This document shows, one piece after another, positions 55,693 through 64,000 of a DNA stretch of 64,000 nucleotides (the first letter of the stretch is position 1; each line of letters begins with the position of its first letter). This DNA is from Nitrosopumilus sp. (GTDB lineage Archaea > Thermoproteota > Nitrososphaeria > Nitrososphaerales > Nitrosopumilaceae). The notes under the pieces are model-generated. The model was not told where the DNA came from, made no database searches, and saw only the letters and a program-made list of their open reading frames with translations. The stretch is from contig OZ241981.1 in NCBI GenBank assembly GCA_965204345.1, forward strand, positions 1,408,001 to 1,472,000. The letters are read 5' to 3'. The position numbers were made by a program, and so were the translations under genes.

Positions 55693-55860
55693 CTATGTAT
55701 ACCATTTAATCCAGGAATATTTTCTGCGTTTGGCCTCTGGGTATCCACAACTTGCACATTGGTGGTGACGCTTGTGAAGTGAGTTTTTCCCACATCGTCT
55801 GCATCTGATGTGAACTTTCTTCTTTGTAAAACCACCCATCGAAGTTGTACCTTTTGTCAT
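55693..55860 (-). CDS. rpl37e: 50S ribosomal protein L37e (not in ORF track)
   Basis: [10 protein letters not shown]...[25 protein letters not shown]...YSW. Confidence 0.95.
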   Translation of the reverse strand: MTKGTTSMGGFTKKKVHIRCRRCGKNSLHKRHHQCASCGYPEAKRRKYSWIKWYT

Positions 55861-55870
55861 TGCAAATCAC

Positions 55871-56107
55871 CTAATTTTGTGCGGGTGGAGGAGATATCAT
55901 AACTACATTGTCTCCTCTAACTACAATGTTACCAAGGCTCTTAGACTCGCCCTCAGCGGGAATTTCCTCTGAAGAGTCAAGTAGCAGGTTCATGTGTTGG
56001 TCAAAACCTAGAAGATTGCCTCTAATGGTCTTGTTTCCTTTGAGTTTTATCAATACAACCTGATTGATACTCTCATCCAATACTTTTACTGCCATATCAA
56101 CGGACAT
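55871..56107 (-). CDS. Sm-like archaeal protein (Lsm)
   Basis: [19 protein letters not shown]; upstream of rpl37e. Confidence 0.93.
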   Translation of the reverse strand: MSVDMAVKVLDESINQVVLIKLKGNKTIRGNLLGFDQHMNLLLDSSEEIPAEGESKSLGNIVVRGDNVVMISPPPAQN

Positions 56108-56164
56108 CTATTTCACTTATTGACTTGGATATCAAGGGATTATATTAAATTTCCATTGGTGAAA

Positions 56165-56887
56165 CTATGAGCTATGCTCAGTAAGGCAAGTTTGACACTT
56201 TTTTCCAAGATTTTTGACGATTTCAGCTAAAATCGTCTGTCCTTCTTTCTTTGTAGCTTTTCTTGGATCCCCCCAAATTCCATTTTTGGTTACTTTGGGA
56301 AATGATTTGTTTGCCTGTTTTCCAAGTTTTGATATTTCTTGCTTTGTCATTCCATCTGTAATCAGTCCTCTTTTAGCCAAATTCATCTTGACATTCTTTG
56401 AGATTGCCAGCATTAGTGATGTTTCCACAAATCCTGCATGGTCAAATTCCCTACCCATAAAATGCCAATATGATAACGGGAACACTTTGAGTTTGTTTTT
56501 TGAAATCTTTTTGAGATTAGCATCTAATTTTGATATTGGTCTTAGATTGCCATGATGACCATTAATTATGAAAACCGTTTTGATATTATTTGATAATAAT
56601 GATAGACACAAATCGACTAGCACTAGACGCAAAGTTGATTTTTTAATGCTGAGATTGAAAAAGGGTGCATGCTCATATGATACCCCGTAGTTGAGTGTGG
56701 GCAATAGCAGATATCCGTGTTTTTCTGATATCTTTGTTGCAATCCCTGTTACTATCTCCGAATCCGTTGATATTGGTAAATGTGGTCCATGCTGTTCAAT
56801 GGAGCCTACTGGAATCACTGCAACATGTTTTTTCCTTGATATTGATTTTCTAAGAATAGGATCAAACTGGGTCTTGATGCTCACCAT
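56165..56887 (-). CDS. Creatininase-family amidohydrolase
   Basis: PVGSIEQHGPHLP..TD, NGHHGN, HAG..ETS. Confidence 0.9.
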   Translation of the reverse strand: MVSIKTQFDPILRKSISRKKHVAVIPVGSIEQHGPHLPISTDSEIVTGIATKISEKHGYLLLPTLNYGVSYEHAPFFNLSIKKSTLRLVLVDLCLSLLSNNIKTVFIINGHHGNLRPISKLDANLKKISKNKLKVFPLSYWHFMGREFDHAGFVETSLMLAISKNVKMNLAKRGLITDGMTKQEISKLGKQANKSFPKVTKNGIWGDPRKATKKEGQTILAEIVKNLGKKCQTCLTEHSS

Positions 56888-56892
56888 CTAAT

Positions 56893-57762
56893 TCACTTTG
56901 CTTTAATGTGAACTTTTCTCCAACGAACCTCGAGCTTGTTCTCCAGATGCATTTTCATTGCCTTGAGCAACGTATCAGATTCTAATTTCTGTCCTTTTTC
57001 TTTCATTTGTTCTAATGTATCACTTGGATCTACTTTAAATGAATCCTGGAATATAATTGGTCCTTGATCCAGGTTTTCTGTTACATAGTGAGCTGTTACA
57101 CCAACAATTTTTGTACCCCTCTCAAAGGCTTGCGCATATGCTGAAGCTCCTGGAAACGCAGGAAGTAATGACGGATGAATGTTAATTATTCTATTTGGAT
57201 ATCTCCAAACGAAATTAGGGCTAAGGATTCTCATATATCTTGCAAGTGATATTAAATCAATGTCATATTTTTTACATACCTGAATAATTTTCTCTTCTGC
57301 CTTATCCTGAATTTTTTCCTCTATTAGTACAAATGGAATTTTGGCCCTTTTTGCCAATGACTCTAACGTTTTCTCCGTACCAACAATTACTGAAATTTTT
57401 CCTTTAAGTGATCTTGAATTTGCAAGGATTGTTTGAAGACACAGCGGTTCTTTAGTTACTAGTACTGCGATATTTTTCTGTAAATTTGTTTCATGATGGG
57501 TACTTACGTCCATCTTTTCTTTTTTTGCCAAACTTTGAATGTCCGAGTCAAATTTTTTTACATTTACTGCCCTTGAGAATGATACCTCTAGATACATGCC
57601 AAAAAGACCTTTGATTACGTTTTGATTTACTTTCTCAATGTTTCCTCCTTTGGAAAATGCAAAGTTTGTAAATGTGGCCACAATTCCTTCTCTGTCTTTG
57701 CCAACCACCGTAATGCCAACTACTATCCTTTTCATGACTTTGTTTGATGAGGATTTTCTCAT
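56893..57762 (-). CDS. purU: Formyltetrahydrofolate deformylase (ACT + formyltransferase)
   Basis: GKDREGIV, LARYMRILS, INIHPSLLPAF.GA..Y.QA, LDQGPII.Q. Confidence 0.9.
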   Translation of the reverse strand: MRKSSSNKVMKRIVVGITVVGKDREGIVATFTNFAFSKGGNIEKVNQNVIKGLFGMYLEVSFSRAVNVKKFDSDIQSLAKKEKMDVSTHHETNLQKNIAVLVTKEPLCLQTILANSRSLKGKISVIVGTEKTLESLAKRAKIPFVLIEEKIQDKAEEKIIQVCKKYDIDLISLARYMRILSPNFVWRYPNRIINIHPSLLPAFPGASAYAQAFERGTKIVGVTAHYVTENLDQGPIIFQDSFKVDPSDTLEQMKEKGQKLESDTLLKAMKMHLENKLEVRWRKVHIKAK

Positions 57763-57785
57763 TATTAATCATTCACAGAAACTAA

Positions 57786-57873
57786 TGGTGCGGGAGGTGG
57801 GATTCGAACCCACGAACTCCTAAGAGATAGGGTCCTAAACCCTACGCCTTTGACCAGGCTGGGCGACTCCCGC
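57786..57873 (-). tRNA. tRNA-Leu (TAG), with encoded CCA
   Basis: GCGGGAG acceptor, TAGGG-TTTAGGA-CCCTA anticodon arm, long variable arm, GGTTCGAATCC. Confidence 0.93.
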
Positions 57874-57922
57874 AACGGATTTGCCAATAAACACAAATTT
57901 ATCTATTATTGCACACAGTATC

Positions 57923-59269
57923 ATGGCAAAATTTTTTGGAACTAACGGAATCCGTGGCGTTTTTGATGAAGATTTTACATTGGAATTTGTTCACGATATG
58001 ACATTGGCAATTGGAACTTACTTTGGAAAAGGACCCGTGTTAATCGGCTATGATGGCAGGGATTCAAGCCCTGCTATTTGTAAAGTTGTTAGTTCCGCTC
58101 TTAATTCTATTGGAATAGATTGCAAAGTTGCAGGCCTTGTTCCTACTCCGTGCCTTGAATTTGCAGTAAAATCTTTGGGATATTCTGGTGGAATGATGAT
58201 TACTGCATCACATAACCCACCACAATATAATGGAATTAAACCTGCTGCAAAAGACGGAGTTGAGATTTCACGTGAAGACGAACTAGTAATTGAAAATATC
58301 TACTTACAAAAAAAATGGCCAGATACCAAAAAATGGGGAAATACCGGAACTGACAACAGAACAATTGCAACATATCTTGATGGAATTATCTCCAACATTG
58401 ATTCCAAACTAATAGAATCAAAACATTTCAAGGTTGTTTTGGATTTGGGTAATGGTGCCCAAGCGGTATCCGCGCCTGATTTTTGTAAAATGTTAAAGTG
58501 TGAAACATTCCTCATCAATCAAAACGTTGATGGTTCGTTTTCAGGGCGTGGGTCAGAACCAACGCCACAAAATCTTTCAGAACTATCAAAAACAGTTATA
58601 GAAAATAATGCAGATATAGGAATTGCATTTGATGGCGATGGAGATCGAAGTATTTTCTGTGACAACAATGGTAATATTTTAACTGGGGACAGGTCTGCCC
58701 TAGTACTGGTTCGGCATTTGCTGAAAAAAAATCCAGATTCTTTGGTTGTAACTTGTTTGAATTCCGGTTCTAGCATTGAAGTTTTGGCTGATAAATTTAA
58801 TTCAAAAGTTATTCGGACCAAAGTTGGCAGTGTTGAGGTCTCACGGAAAATGGTTCAAACTGACGCACTAATTGGATTTGAGGAGAATGGAGGTTTCATG
58901 TATGGAGAGCATAATCAGGTTAGAGATGGATGTATGACTTTGGCATTGATGCTTGATCTTTTGGCCGCCTCTGAGAAATCCATATCCGAAGAGATTGCCA
59001 GTTTGCCTCCTTCTTTTACAACTAAAGACAAAATTGCTTGTTCTTCTGATAAAGTAGAAAATTTGATTTCTACATTAAAGGAAGAATTCCCAAATTCTGA
59101 TACCACTGATGGCATCAAGATTTCCATTGATCCTAAAAATTGGGTTATGATCAGACCCAGTGGTACAGAACCCATTGTTAGGGTCTATGCAGAATCTGAA
59201 AGTCAGGAGAAACTAGATACCTTACTGTCTGAATATCTTCAAAAAGTCAACTCTATAATTTCCAGATAA
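57923..59269 (+). CDS. glmM: Phosphohexomutase (phosphoglucosamine mutase / PMM-PGM)
   Basis: FGTNGIRG, TASHNP, DGDGDR, RPSGTEP. Confidence 0.85.
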   Translation: MAKFFGTNGIRGVFDEDFTLEFVHDMTLAIGTYFGKGPVLIGYDGRDSSPAICKVVSSALNSIGIDCKVAGLVPTPCLEFAVKSLGYSGGMMITASHNPPQYNGIKPAAKDGVEISREDELVIENIYLQKKWPDTKKWGNTGTDNRTIATYLDGIISNIDSKLIESKHFKVVLDLGNGAQAVSAPDFCKMLKCETFLINQNVDGSFSGRGSEPTPQNLSELSKTVIENNADIGIAFDGDGDRSIFCDNNGNILTGDRSALVLVRHLLKKNPDSLVVTCLNSGSSIEVLADKFNSKVIRTKVGSVEVSRKMVQTDALIGFEENGGFMYGEHNQVRDGCMTLALMLDLLAASEKSISEEIASLPPSFTTKDKIACSSDKVENLISTLKEEFPNSDTTDGIKISIDPKNWVMIRPSGTEPIVRVYAESESQEKLDTLLSEYLQKVNSIISR

Positions 59270-59331
59270 CACTTTTAAAACCAAACTCATCGATGGATAG
59301 AATGGAGAATGAACCCCTAGGGTGACGAAGT

Positions 59332-59718
59332 ATGGGAAAAGCATATTATGTTAAATTTGAAACGCCAGAGGATCTCATAAATCCAATTTTGGAAGCCGTT
59401 AGAGTAGCATCAACTAGCGGTAAGGTCAAAAAAGGGACCAATGAGGCAACCAAGGCAATTGAACGTGGTACCAGCAAGCTAATTGTTATCGCCGAAGATG
59501 TTGAACCACCAGAGGTAGTGGCACATCTTCCAATTCTATGTGAGGAACAGGGTGTTGCATATGCATTTGTACCAAGCAGACAGGAATTAGGAAGTTCATT
59601 GGGTATTGACATTACTTCTGCCGCTGCAGCAATTTTGGATGCCGGTGATGCACAACACATTGTAGACCAAGTTGTCGCAGCCATTGCTAAAATTAAAGGC
59701 GGTAAGACCGAAGAATGA
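59332..59718 (+). CDS. rpl7ae: 50S ribosomal protein L7Ae
   Basis: [28 protein letters not shown]. Confidence 0.96.
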   Translation: MGKAYYVKFETPEDLINPILEAVRVASTSGKVKKGTNEATKAIERGTSKLIVIAEDVEPPEVVAHLPILCEEQGVAYAFVPSRQELGSSLGIDITSAAAAILDAGDAQHIVDQVVAAIAKIKGGKTEE

Positions 59719-59927
59719 GTGCAACAACTGACGAAGTAGTTCAATCTGAAATTATTCAAATTGTTGGCAGAACCGGCATTGCTGGCGAAGTCATTCAAGT
59801 TAGAGTTAAAGTTCTTACTGGAAAGGATAAAGGAAGAATTCTTACCAGAAACGTCAAAGGTTCTATTAGGTCTGGGGAAATCTTGATGTTAAGAGAAACA
59901 GAGAGAGAAGCAAAGAAAATCAAGTAG
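59715..59927 (+). CDS. rps28e: 30S ribosomal protein S28e
   Basis: GRTG..GEV.QV, RNVKG, L.ETEREA. Confidence 0.96.
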   Translation: MSATTDEVVQSEIIQIVGRTGIAGEVIQVRVKVLTGKDKGRILTRNVKGSIRSGEILMLRETEREAKKIK

Positions 59928-59938
59928 CAGGTGTTTAG

Positions 59939-60139
59939 ATGAGTCTTTTAGTTAAACCATGTAATTTCTGTGATAGGCCAGTTGCCAAAGGTTCCGGTAC
60001 AATGTATGCTAAAAATGACGGAACCGTTCAGTGGTTCTGCTCTGCAAAATGTAAAAAAAATGCACTAGTCCTAAAGCGTGATCCAAGGAAATTAAAATGG
60101 ACAAAAAAATACGTTAAAGGCGGAATTAAAAAGAAGTAA
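59939..60139 (+). CDS. rpl24e: 50S ribosomal protein L24e
   Basis: C.FC...G.G.MY..NDG...FCS.KC, PRKLKWT. Confidence 0.96.
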   Translation: MSLLVKPCNFCDRPVAKGSGTMYAKNDGTVQWFCSAKCKKNALVLKRDPRKLKWTKKYVKGGIKKK

Positions 60140-60141
60140 AA

Positions 60142-60543
60142 TTGACTGAGCAATCACTATTCATTGTAAAACCAGATGCTGTATCTAGAAACCTAGTTGG
60201 CGAAGTTGTATCCAGATTTGAAAGAAAAGGATTCAAAATATTAAAACTAAAGATGTTTACATTTACTCAAGCACAGGCAGAGAACTTTTACGGTGTACAC
60301 AAAGACAAACCGTTCTTTGGCGAACTGACATCATTTATCACATCAGGTCCTGTAGTAGCTGCAGTTATTGAAGGAAACAATGCAATTGCCACTACACGAA
60401 TAATGATTGGTGCAACCAAGTCATTTGAAGCAGACCCTGGTTCCATTAGAGGCGACTTTGGATTAGGATTCAGTGAAAATATCATTCATGCGTCTGATTC
60501 ACAAGAAAGTTTTGATCACGAATCGAGGGTAGCATTTGAGTGA
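60142..60543 (+). CDS. ndk: Nucleoside diphosphate kinase
   Basis: [21 protein letters not shown]. Confidence 0.96.
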   Translation: MTEQSLFIVKPDAVSRNLVGEVVSRFERKGFKILKLKMFTFTQAQAENFYGVHKDKPFFGELTSFITSGPVVAAVIEGNNAIATTRIMIGATKSFEADPGSIRGDFGLGFSENIIHASDSQESFDHESRVAFE

Positions 60544-60549
60544 TCTGAT

Positions 60550-62331
60550 TTGCAAATCCGTCAGCCCATAGTGGCAGTTCTTGGTCACGTAGACTCTGGA
60601 AAAACGTCTCTTTTAGATAGAATACGTGGTACTGGTGTTCAAGGTAGAGAAGCTGGGGGAATTACCCAGCATATAGGTGCGAGTTTTCTTCCAACTGAAA
60701 CAATTAAAGAAACATGTGGTCAACTATACAAAAAACTTGAAGAATCAGAGAACAAAGTTCCTGGATTACTAGTAATTGATACTCCTGGCCACGAAGTATT
60801 TACAAATCTTCGCTCTAGAGGCGGCTCTGCTGCTGACATTGCAATACTGGTAGTTGATGTAAATCGTGGATTTCAACCACAAACAAATGAGAGCCTGAAA
60901 ATTTTACAGAACAGAAAGGTTCCATTTGTCGTTGCACTAAACAAATGTGATCAAATATCCGGATGGCGAAAATCCGACACCAAGTTCATTTCACATGCAA
61001 TCAAGGAACAAGATGCATCCATTCAAACTGATTTAGATCAAAAAATTTACGATGTTGTAGGCACATTATCCATTCTAGGTTACAAATCTGAGGCGTTTTA
61101 TCGTGTTGAGGACTTTAAGTCAGAAATTGCCATTGTTCCAATATCTGCAAGGTCCGGAGTTGGCGTGCCTGAATTACTTGGTGTTTTAGTTGGTCTGACC
61201 CAACAATATCTTCAAAAAAGATTAGATCAGCAAGAAAAAGAACCTCGTGGAATAGTTCTTGAAGTCAAAGACGAGGTTGGGTTGGGCCAAACTGCAAATG
61301 TTATACTGATTGATGGTACCATCAAGAAGGAAAACAGCATAGTTGTTGCAAAACGTGATGCAGTCATTGTTACAAAACCCAAAGCACTACTCTTGCCAAA
61401 ACCTCTTGATGAAATGCGTGATCCTAGAGATAAATTCAAGCCTGTTCCCCTAGTAGTTGCAGCAGCTGGCTTGAAAATTGCATCACCTGAACTTGAAGGC
61501 GTACTTCCAGGAAGTACCCTTTATGTTGCATCAAATGACGAAGAGGTTGACAAATTCAGCAAACTTATCGAATCTGAAATGCAATCGATGTTTATTGATA
61601 CTGAAACTAATGGAGTTATTCTAAAGTGTGATACTATAGGATCACTTGAGGCTATAGTTGAGATGCTCAAGCGCTCTCAAGTGCCTGTTGCAAAAGCCGA
61701 CATTGGTCCCGTAAACAGACGGGATGTAATAGAGGCAAAAGCAATCAAAGAAAATGATAGGCATTTGGGAATTGTTCTAGCCTTTAATGTCAAAATATTA
61801 CCTGATGCAAAGGAAGAATCAGAGGCAAGTCACATAAAATTATTTGAAGACAAAGTAATTTACAGTTTAATTGACAGTTACAACGCTTGGGTAGAGGAGG
61901 ATTCTGCAAATCAAGAAGATGCAATCTTTTCAGAATTTACCCCAATTTCAAAATTTTCATTTATGAAGGGCATGGTGTTTAGAAACAACAATCCTGCAGT
62001 TTTTGGCGTGCATGTGGATGTTGGGAATCTGAAACATAAAATTCCCTTTATGAATATGGCAGGACGTAAGGTTGGTTACATACACCAGCTTCAACTAGAC
62101 AAAAAAACCGTATCCTCTGCAAAGACAGGTGATGAGGTTGCATGTTCTGTCAAAGATGTTACCATTGGCAGACAGATCTTTGAAGAAGAAGTTTATTATA
62201 CATTTCCTCCATCTCATGAGGCCAAGCAAATTCTAAACAGGTTTATGCACAAGCTGAGTCCCGAAGAACAACAAGTATTCAATGATATTGTTAGGATTCA
62301 AAGAGAGATTGAACCTGTTTATGGCTACTAG
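60550..62331 (+). CDS. infB: Translation initiation factor aIF5B (IF-2)
   Basis: GHVDSGKT, EAGGITQHIGA, DTPGHE.F, NKCD. Confidence 0.96.
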   Translation: MQIRQPIVAVLGHVDSGKTSLLDRIRGTGVQGREAGGITQHIGASFLPTETIKETCGQLYKKLEESENKVPGLLVIDTPGHEVFTNLRSRGGSAADIAILVVDVNRGFQPQTNESLKILQNRKVPFVVALNKCDQISGWRKSDTKFISHAIKEQDASIQTDLDQKIYDVVGTLSILGYKSEAFYRVEDFKSEIAIVPISARSGVGVPELLGVLVGLTQQYLQKRLDQQEKEPRGIVLEVKDEVGLGQTANVILIDGTIKKENSIVVAKRDAVIVTKPKALLLPKPLDEMRDPRDKFKPVPLVVAAAGLKIASPELEGVLPGSTLYVASNDEEVDKFSKLIESEMQSMFIDTETNGVILKCDTIGSLEAIVEMLKRSQVPVAKADIGPVNRRDVIEAKAIKENDRHLGIVLAFNVKILPDAKEESEASHIKLFEDKVIYSLIDSYNAWVEEDSANQEDAIFSEFTPISKFSFMKGMVFRNNNPAVFGVHVDVGNLKHKIPFMNMAGRKVGYIHQLQLDKKTVSSAKTGDEVACSVKDVTIGRQIFEEEVYYTFPPSHEAKQILNRFMHKLSPEEQQVFNDIVRIQREIEPVYGY

Positions 62332-62733
62332 CTAACTAGAGTGCTTTTTACAAATCATATGAATTCCGGGAGCGCCTACTGCACCCATCATTTTGTCTAC
62401 AATTTGACCTGATTTGAACATGATGAATGTTGGAATCGACTGAACTGCAAATCTCATAGAAATGCCTTGATTTTGATCAACATTGACTCTTGCAAATTTT
62501 ACATTTGGATACTTTTTTGACAAGCTCTCAAAGACTGGATGCATTGATTTGCATGGGCCACACCACTCTGCCCAAAAATCTACCAATGTTGGATTCTCAG
62601 CAGATGTCACTTGATCAAAATTAGAGTCATTCAAATCTATAATTTCCGGCTCAGTTTTGGGCTCTGGTTTTGGCCTTAGCATCTCCTCCATCTTTTTTTG
62701 CATAATTTTTGCAATTTCTGGATCTTCGGACAA
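62332..62733 (-). CDS. Thioredoxin
   Basis: DFWAEWCGPC, SIPTF. Confidence 0.92.
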   Translation of the reverse strand: MSEDPEIAKIMQKKMEEMLRPKPEPKTEPEIIDLNDSNFDQVTSAENPTLVDFWAEWCGPCKSMHPVFESLSKKYPNVKFARVNVDQNQGISMRFAVQSIPTFIMFKSGQIVDKMMGAVGAPGIHMICKKHSS

Positions 62734-62777
62734 TACCTGTCCAAAACTGTCTTTACTAAAAAATCTATGTTGAAAAG

Positions 62778-62924
62778 CTATTCGTCGTCCATTTTTATTG
62801 GAATCGCTTCAAATCTTCTTGATTTGCAAATGGGACACTGATCAATGTATTTTGTAAAGCTGACAGACGTGTATGCAATTCCACAATCACCACAAATTCT
62901 AAGATTTCTTGCCAGCTTGCCCAT
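62778..62924 (-). CDS. Small zinc-finger protein (48 aa, not in ORF track)
   Basis: MGKLARNLRICGDCG...CPICKS..F. Confidence 0.7.
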   Translation of the reverse strand: MGKLARNLRICGDCGIAYTSVSFTKYIDQCPICKSRRFEAIPIKMDDE

Positions 62925-62969
62925 TATTGACTACCAAAAAGCATTGTGATTAAAACTTAGCTTTAGATT

Positions 62970-64000
62970 CTACCAAAATCGCCACCAAGGCTTTGCAGAT
63001 GATGGATTATCCACAATTTTACATACTCCATCAATTAATTTAGTACCAGGACCACAGATTCCAAACTTTTTCTCTTCTATTTTAGGTTCCTCCAACCCTA
63101 CTGCCTGATAAATTGAGTCATATTCCGAATATGTCTTATCAAACCACTCTTTGTAGGCATCCTCCGTATTGTATCTATCAACATAGCTTTGCACATCTTT
63201 GGATTCATCTACAAATGGTGCAGGAACCGGCAGTGGCTCCTCCAACCCTACTGCCTGATAAATTGAGTCATATTCCGAATATGTCTTATCAAACCACTCT
63301 TTGTAGGCATCCTCCGTATTGTATCTATCAACATAGCTTTGCACATCTTTGGATTCATCTACAAATGGTGCAGGAACCGGCAGTGGCTCCTCCAACCCTA
63401 CTGCATGATAAATTGAGTCATATTCCGAATATGTCTTATCAAACCACTCTTTGTAGGCATCCTCCGTATTGTATCTATCAACATAGCTTTGCACATCTTT
63501 GGATTCATCTACAAATGGTGCAGGAACCGGCAGTGGCTCCTCCAACCCTACTGCATGATAAATTGAGTCATATTCCGGATATGTCTTATCAAACCACTCT
63601 TTGTAGGCATCCTCCGTATTGTATCTATCAACATAGCTTTGCACATCTTTGGATTCATCTACAAACGGTGCAATTCCTAACTCTTTTGGTTGTGAGTCAT
63701 CTACCACGTCATTGACAGTTACAGTTACAGTTGTTCTGTCTGAGAGCCCACCTTTTTTTGCAACTATATCAAAGGTGTATGTTTTCCCACCGTCTGATGA
63801 TGTTGGTGTCCATGAGAACATGCCTGTATTTGGTGTGATTTTAGCTCCTGCTAGGGAGCTTTTCTCCAAACTAAATACTGCATCTTTTATTGAATTATCC
63901 ACTAGTTTTACTGTAAATGATAGTAATTTTCCTTCATCTATGGTTAATTTTCTTATTGGGCTGATCTGGATATTTGTCAATTCTGGTGTTGCAGAAGATT
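62970..64000 (-). CDS. Surface protein, partial (Ig/cadherin-like domain plus four 50-aa repeats); runs off window end
   Basis: GAKI..NTG.FSWTP Ig-like motif; APFVD..KD.QSYVDRYN.E..YKEWFD repeats; CGPGT.L.DGVC; frame open to window end. Confidence 0.8.
   Translation of the reverse strand, partial: SSATPELTNIQISPIRKLTIDEGKLLSFTVKLVDNSIKDAVFSLEKSSLAGAKITPNTGMFSWTPTSSDGGKTYTFDIVAKKGGLSDRTTVTVTVNDVVDDSQPKELGIAPFVDESKDVQSYVDRYNTEDAYKEWFDKTYPEYDSIYHAVGLEEPLPVPAPFVDESKDVQSYVDRYNTEDAYKEWFDKTYSEYDSIYHAVGLEEPLPVPAPFVDESKDVQSYVDRYNTEDAYKEWFDKTYSEYDSIYQAVGLEEPLPVPAPFVDESKDVQSYVDRYNTEDAYKEWFDKTYSEYDSIYQAVGLEEPKIEEKKFGICGPGTKLIDGVCKIVDNPSSAKPWWRFW
63087..63672. repeat. About four tandem 150-bp intragenic repeats
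   Basis: Units at 63087/63237/63387/63537 with few substitutions. Confidence 0.92.

Overview
Genome segment of an ammonia-oxidising archaeon (Nitrosopumilus-like Nitrososphaerota/Thaumarchaeota). The assignment rests on the adjacent ADP-forming 4-hydroxybutyryl-CoA synthetase and 4-hydroxybutyryl-CoA dehydratase and the rpl7ae-rps28e-rpl24e-ndk-aIF5B cluster. About 1-37.7 kb is a heavily rearranged surface-glycosylation island: heptose genes hddA-gmhA-gmhB, gmd, fcl, GT4/GT2/GT-C-like transferases, a sulfotransferase and a giant CBM-repeat surface protein. The island carries four broken IS481-family copies and an IS6-type MITE. It also has a 3,598-bp tandem amplification, a nested inverted duplication of about 22 kb, and a 1,137-bp direct duplication, each starting exactly at an IS end. 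Eukaryote-like trinucleotide expansions are pervasive there. The most unusual signal is a set of isolated structures made of a 37-39-bp target duplication around a 34-36-bp foreign insert (three clear sites, one degenerate). They have CRISPR repeat-spacer-repeat geometry and look like off-target spacer integrations (neo-CRISPR scars), although no cas gene is in the window. From about 41 kb onward the window is mostly ordinary core genome with two tRNAs and two intragenic tandem arrays.
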